Source: Podarcis pityusensis
Lineage: Eukaryota
Length of the DNA stretch: 64,000 nt
Assembly: GCA_964106645.2 (NCBI GenBank)
Contig: OZ067039.1
Direction: 5' to 3' (one strand)
Each line of letters starts with the position of its first letter. The stretch's first letter is position 1. The translations under genes and the position numbers were made by a program. This document shows positions 62,616 to 64,000 of the stretch, in pieces. Under the pieces are notes generated by a model. The model was not told where the DNA came from and did no database searches. It was given only the letters and a program-made list of their open reading frames with translations.

Positions 62616-63047
62616 ATAATAATAATAATAAAAAAAATTATTTATACCCTGGCCAGAGCCGGGCTCAGGGCGGCTAACACCAGTAAAATTACAATAAAAT
62701 CATAATGGGAGGGGGGGAAACAATTTAAAATACAGGTTAAAATACAATTTAAAATGCAGCCTCATTTTAGAAGTAGCCCATAGATCAAAACTGTAAGGGG
62801 AGGGAAACATAAGGGTCAGACTGAGTCCAAACCAAAGGCCAGGTGGAACAGCTCTGTCTTGCAGGCCCTGCAGAAAGATGTCAAGTCCCGCAGGGCCCTA
62901 GTCTCTTGTGACAGAGCATTCCACCAAGTCGGGGCCAGTATTGAAAAGGCTCTGGCCCTAGTTGAGACCAATCTAACCACCTTGCGACTTGGGACCTCCA
63001 AAGTGTTGTCATTTGTAGACCTTAAGGTCATCCGCGGGGCATACCAG
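62616..63047 (-). mobile_element. L2 LINE 3' fragment
   Basis: RARAFSILAPTWWNALSQE...F.RACKTELF motif and a (TAT)n tail. Confidence 0.75.
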
Positions 63048-63134
63048 ATATGTCGTAACACACAGTTTGGAAAGCTCTGCCTTAAATAAGCCCTTAATAT
63101 TGGACGGGAAAACAAACTGGGACAATTGCAGATA

Positions 63135-63384
63135 CAGTGGTACATCGGAAGTCGAACGGAATCCATTCCAGAAGTCCGTTTGACTTCCAAAATGTTCGGA
63201 AACCAAGGTGCGGCTTCCAATTGGCTGCAGTAAGCTTCTGCAGCCAATTGGAAGCCACGGAAGCTGTGTCAGATGTTCAGGTTCCAAAGAATGTTTGCAA
63301 ACTGGAATACTCACTTCTGGGTTTGTGGCGTTTGGGAGCCAAAACGTTTGACTCGCAAGGCGTTTGAGAACTTAGGTACGACTG
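63135..63384. mobile_element. Tigger/pogo-like MITE, family D
   Basis: Ends cagtggtacatcgg / ttaggtacgactg with TA flanks. Internal palindrome ggcttccaattggctgcag...ctgcagccaattggaagcc. Confidence 0.7.
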
Positions 63385-63403
63385 TATTTCAAAACAGGTG
63401 ATA

Positions 63404-63634
63404 CAGTGGTACCTCGGGTTACAGATGCTTCAGGTTGCAGACGCTTCAGGTTACAGACTCCACTAACCCAGAAATAGTACCTTGGGTTAAGAACTTTGCT
63501 TCAGGATGAGAACAGAAGTCGTGCAGCGGCAGTGGGAGGCCACATTAGCTAAAGTGGTGCTTCAGGTTAAGAACAGTTTCAGGTTAAGAACGGACCTCCG
63601 GAACAAAGTAAGTTCTTAACCTGAGGCACCACTG
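63404..63634 (+). mobile_element. MITE family A
   Basis: Same body and TIRs, with TA flanks. Confidence 0.85.
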
Positions 63635-63837
63635 TATGTGAGAATAGTGGTCTGTGCTGGTTAATGGGCAAGCTGCTGTATTCTGCATTAGCTGAAGTTT
63701 CAGAACCATCTTCAAATGCAGCCTCACATAGAGTCTGTTGTGGAAGACCTCAGAGAATGAATGGCAGTGACCATATGTCACGGTTATCAGGGTGTGTGAT
63801 GACTGGAACGTAACTCTTTTTCTTTTTTAAATGTTAG

Positions 63838-63917
63838 ATGCATGGGTTGCAGAATGACTTTGAGAAGGAGAGAAAGGATTCTCATAGGAGAATACGAAAA
63901 ATGGAAGACATGCTGAG
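63838..63917 (+). CDS. CEP112: CEP112 coding exon (MHGLQNDFEKERKDSHRRIRKMEDML)
   Basis: Polypyrimidine tract with gttag acceptor and gtgagt donor. Ends in phase 2. Confidence 0.85.
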
Positions 63918-64000
63918 GTGAGTAAAATGGCTCCAGAATGTTCCTGAGGAAGATTATGTTTTGTTTTTTAAATATTAATATTTTTATTGAAAGAATCTCG

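Overview
This is eukaryotic genomic DNA, most likely from a lacertid lizard (inferred from Sauria SINEs). The window holds 14 internal coding exons of CEP112 on the + strand. They are all GT-AG, phase-consistent, 1436 nt in total, and the gene continues beyond both ends. The first intron carries a very young, ORF-intact Ty3/Gypsy (chromovirus/sushi-like) LTR retrotransposon on the - strand at 2998-9565, with a 5-bp GATGT target-site duplication and LTRs that differ by 2 substitutions and one 6-bp indel. This element is the most interesting thing in the window. (i) pol does not stop after integrase/chromodomain: it runs about 370 more codons through the PPT and the entire U3 of the 3' LTR and stops in R. 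(ii) There is no tRNA primer-binding site; instead a 10-nt sequence is complementary to the predicted 5' end of its own RNA, as in Tf1-type self-priming. (iii) It has a G-GGA-AAC -1 frameshift site followed by a 10-bp stem and possible pseudoknot. (iv) It has a palindromic, bidirectional poly(A) signal. The rest is intron containing Sauria SINEs, several TA-flanked Tc1/mariner-type MITE families, L1/L2/CR1 remnants, microsatellites and an inverted pair of an unidentified old repeat. Most short ORFs in the supplied track are spurious.
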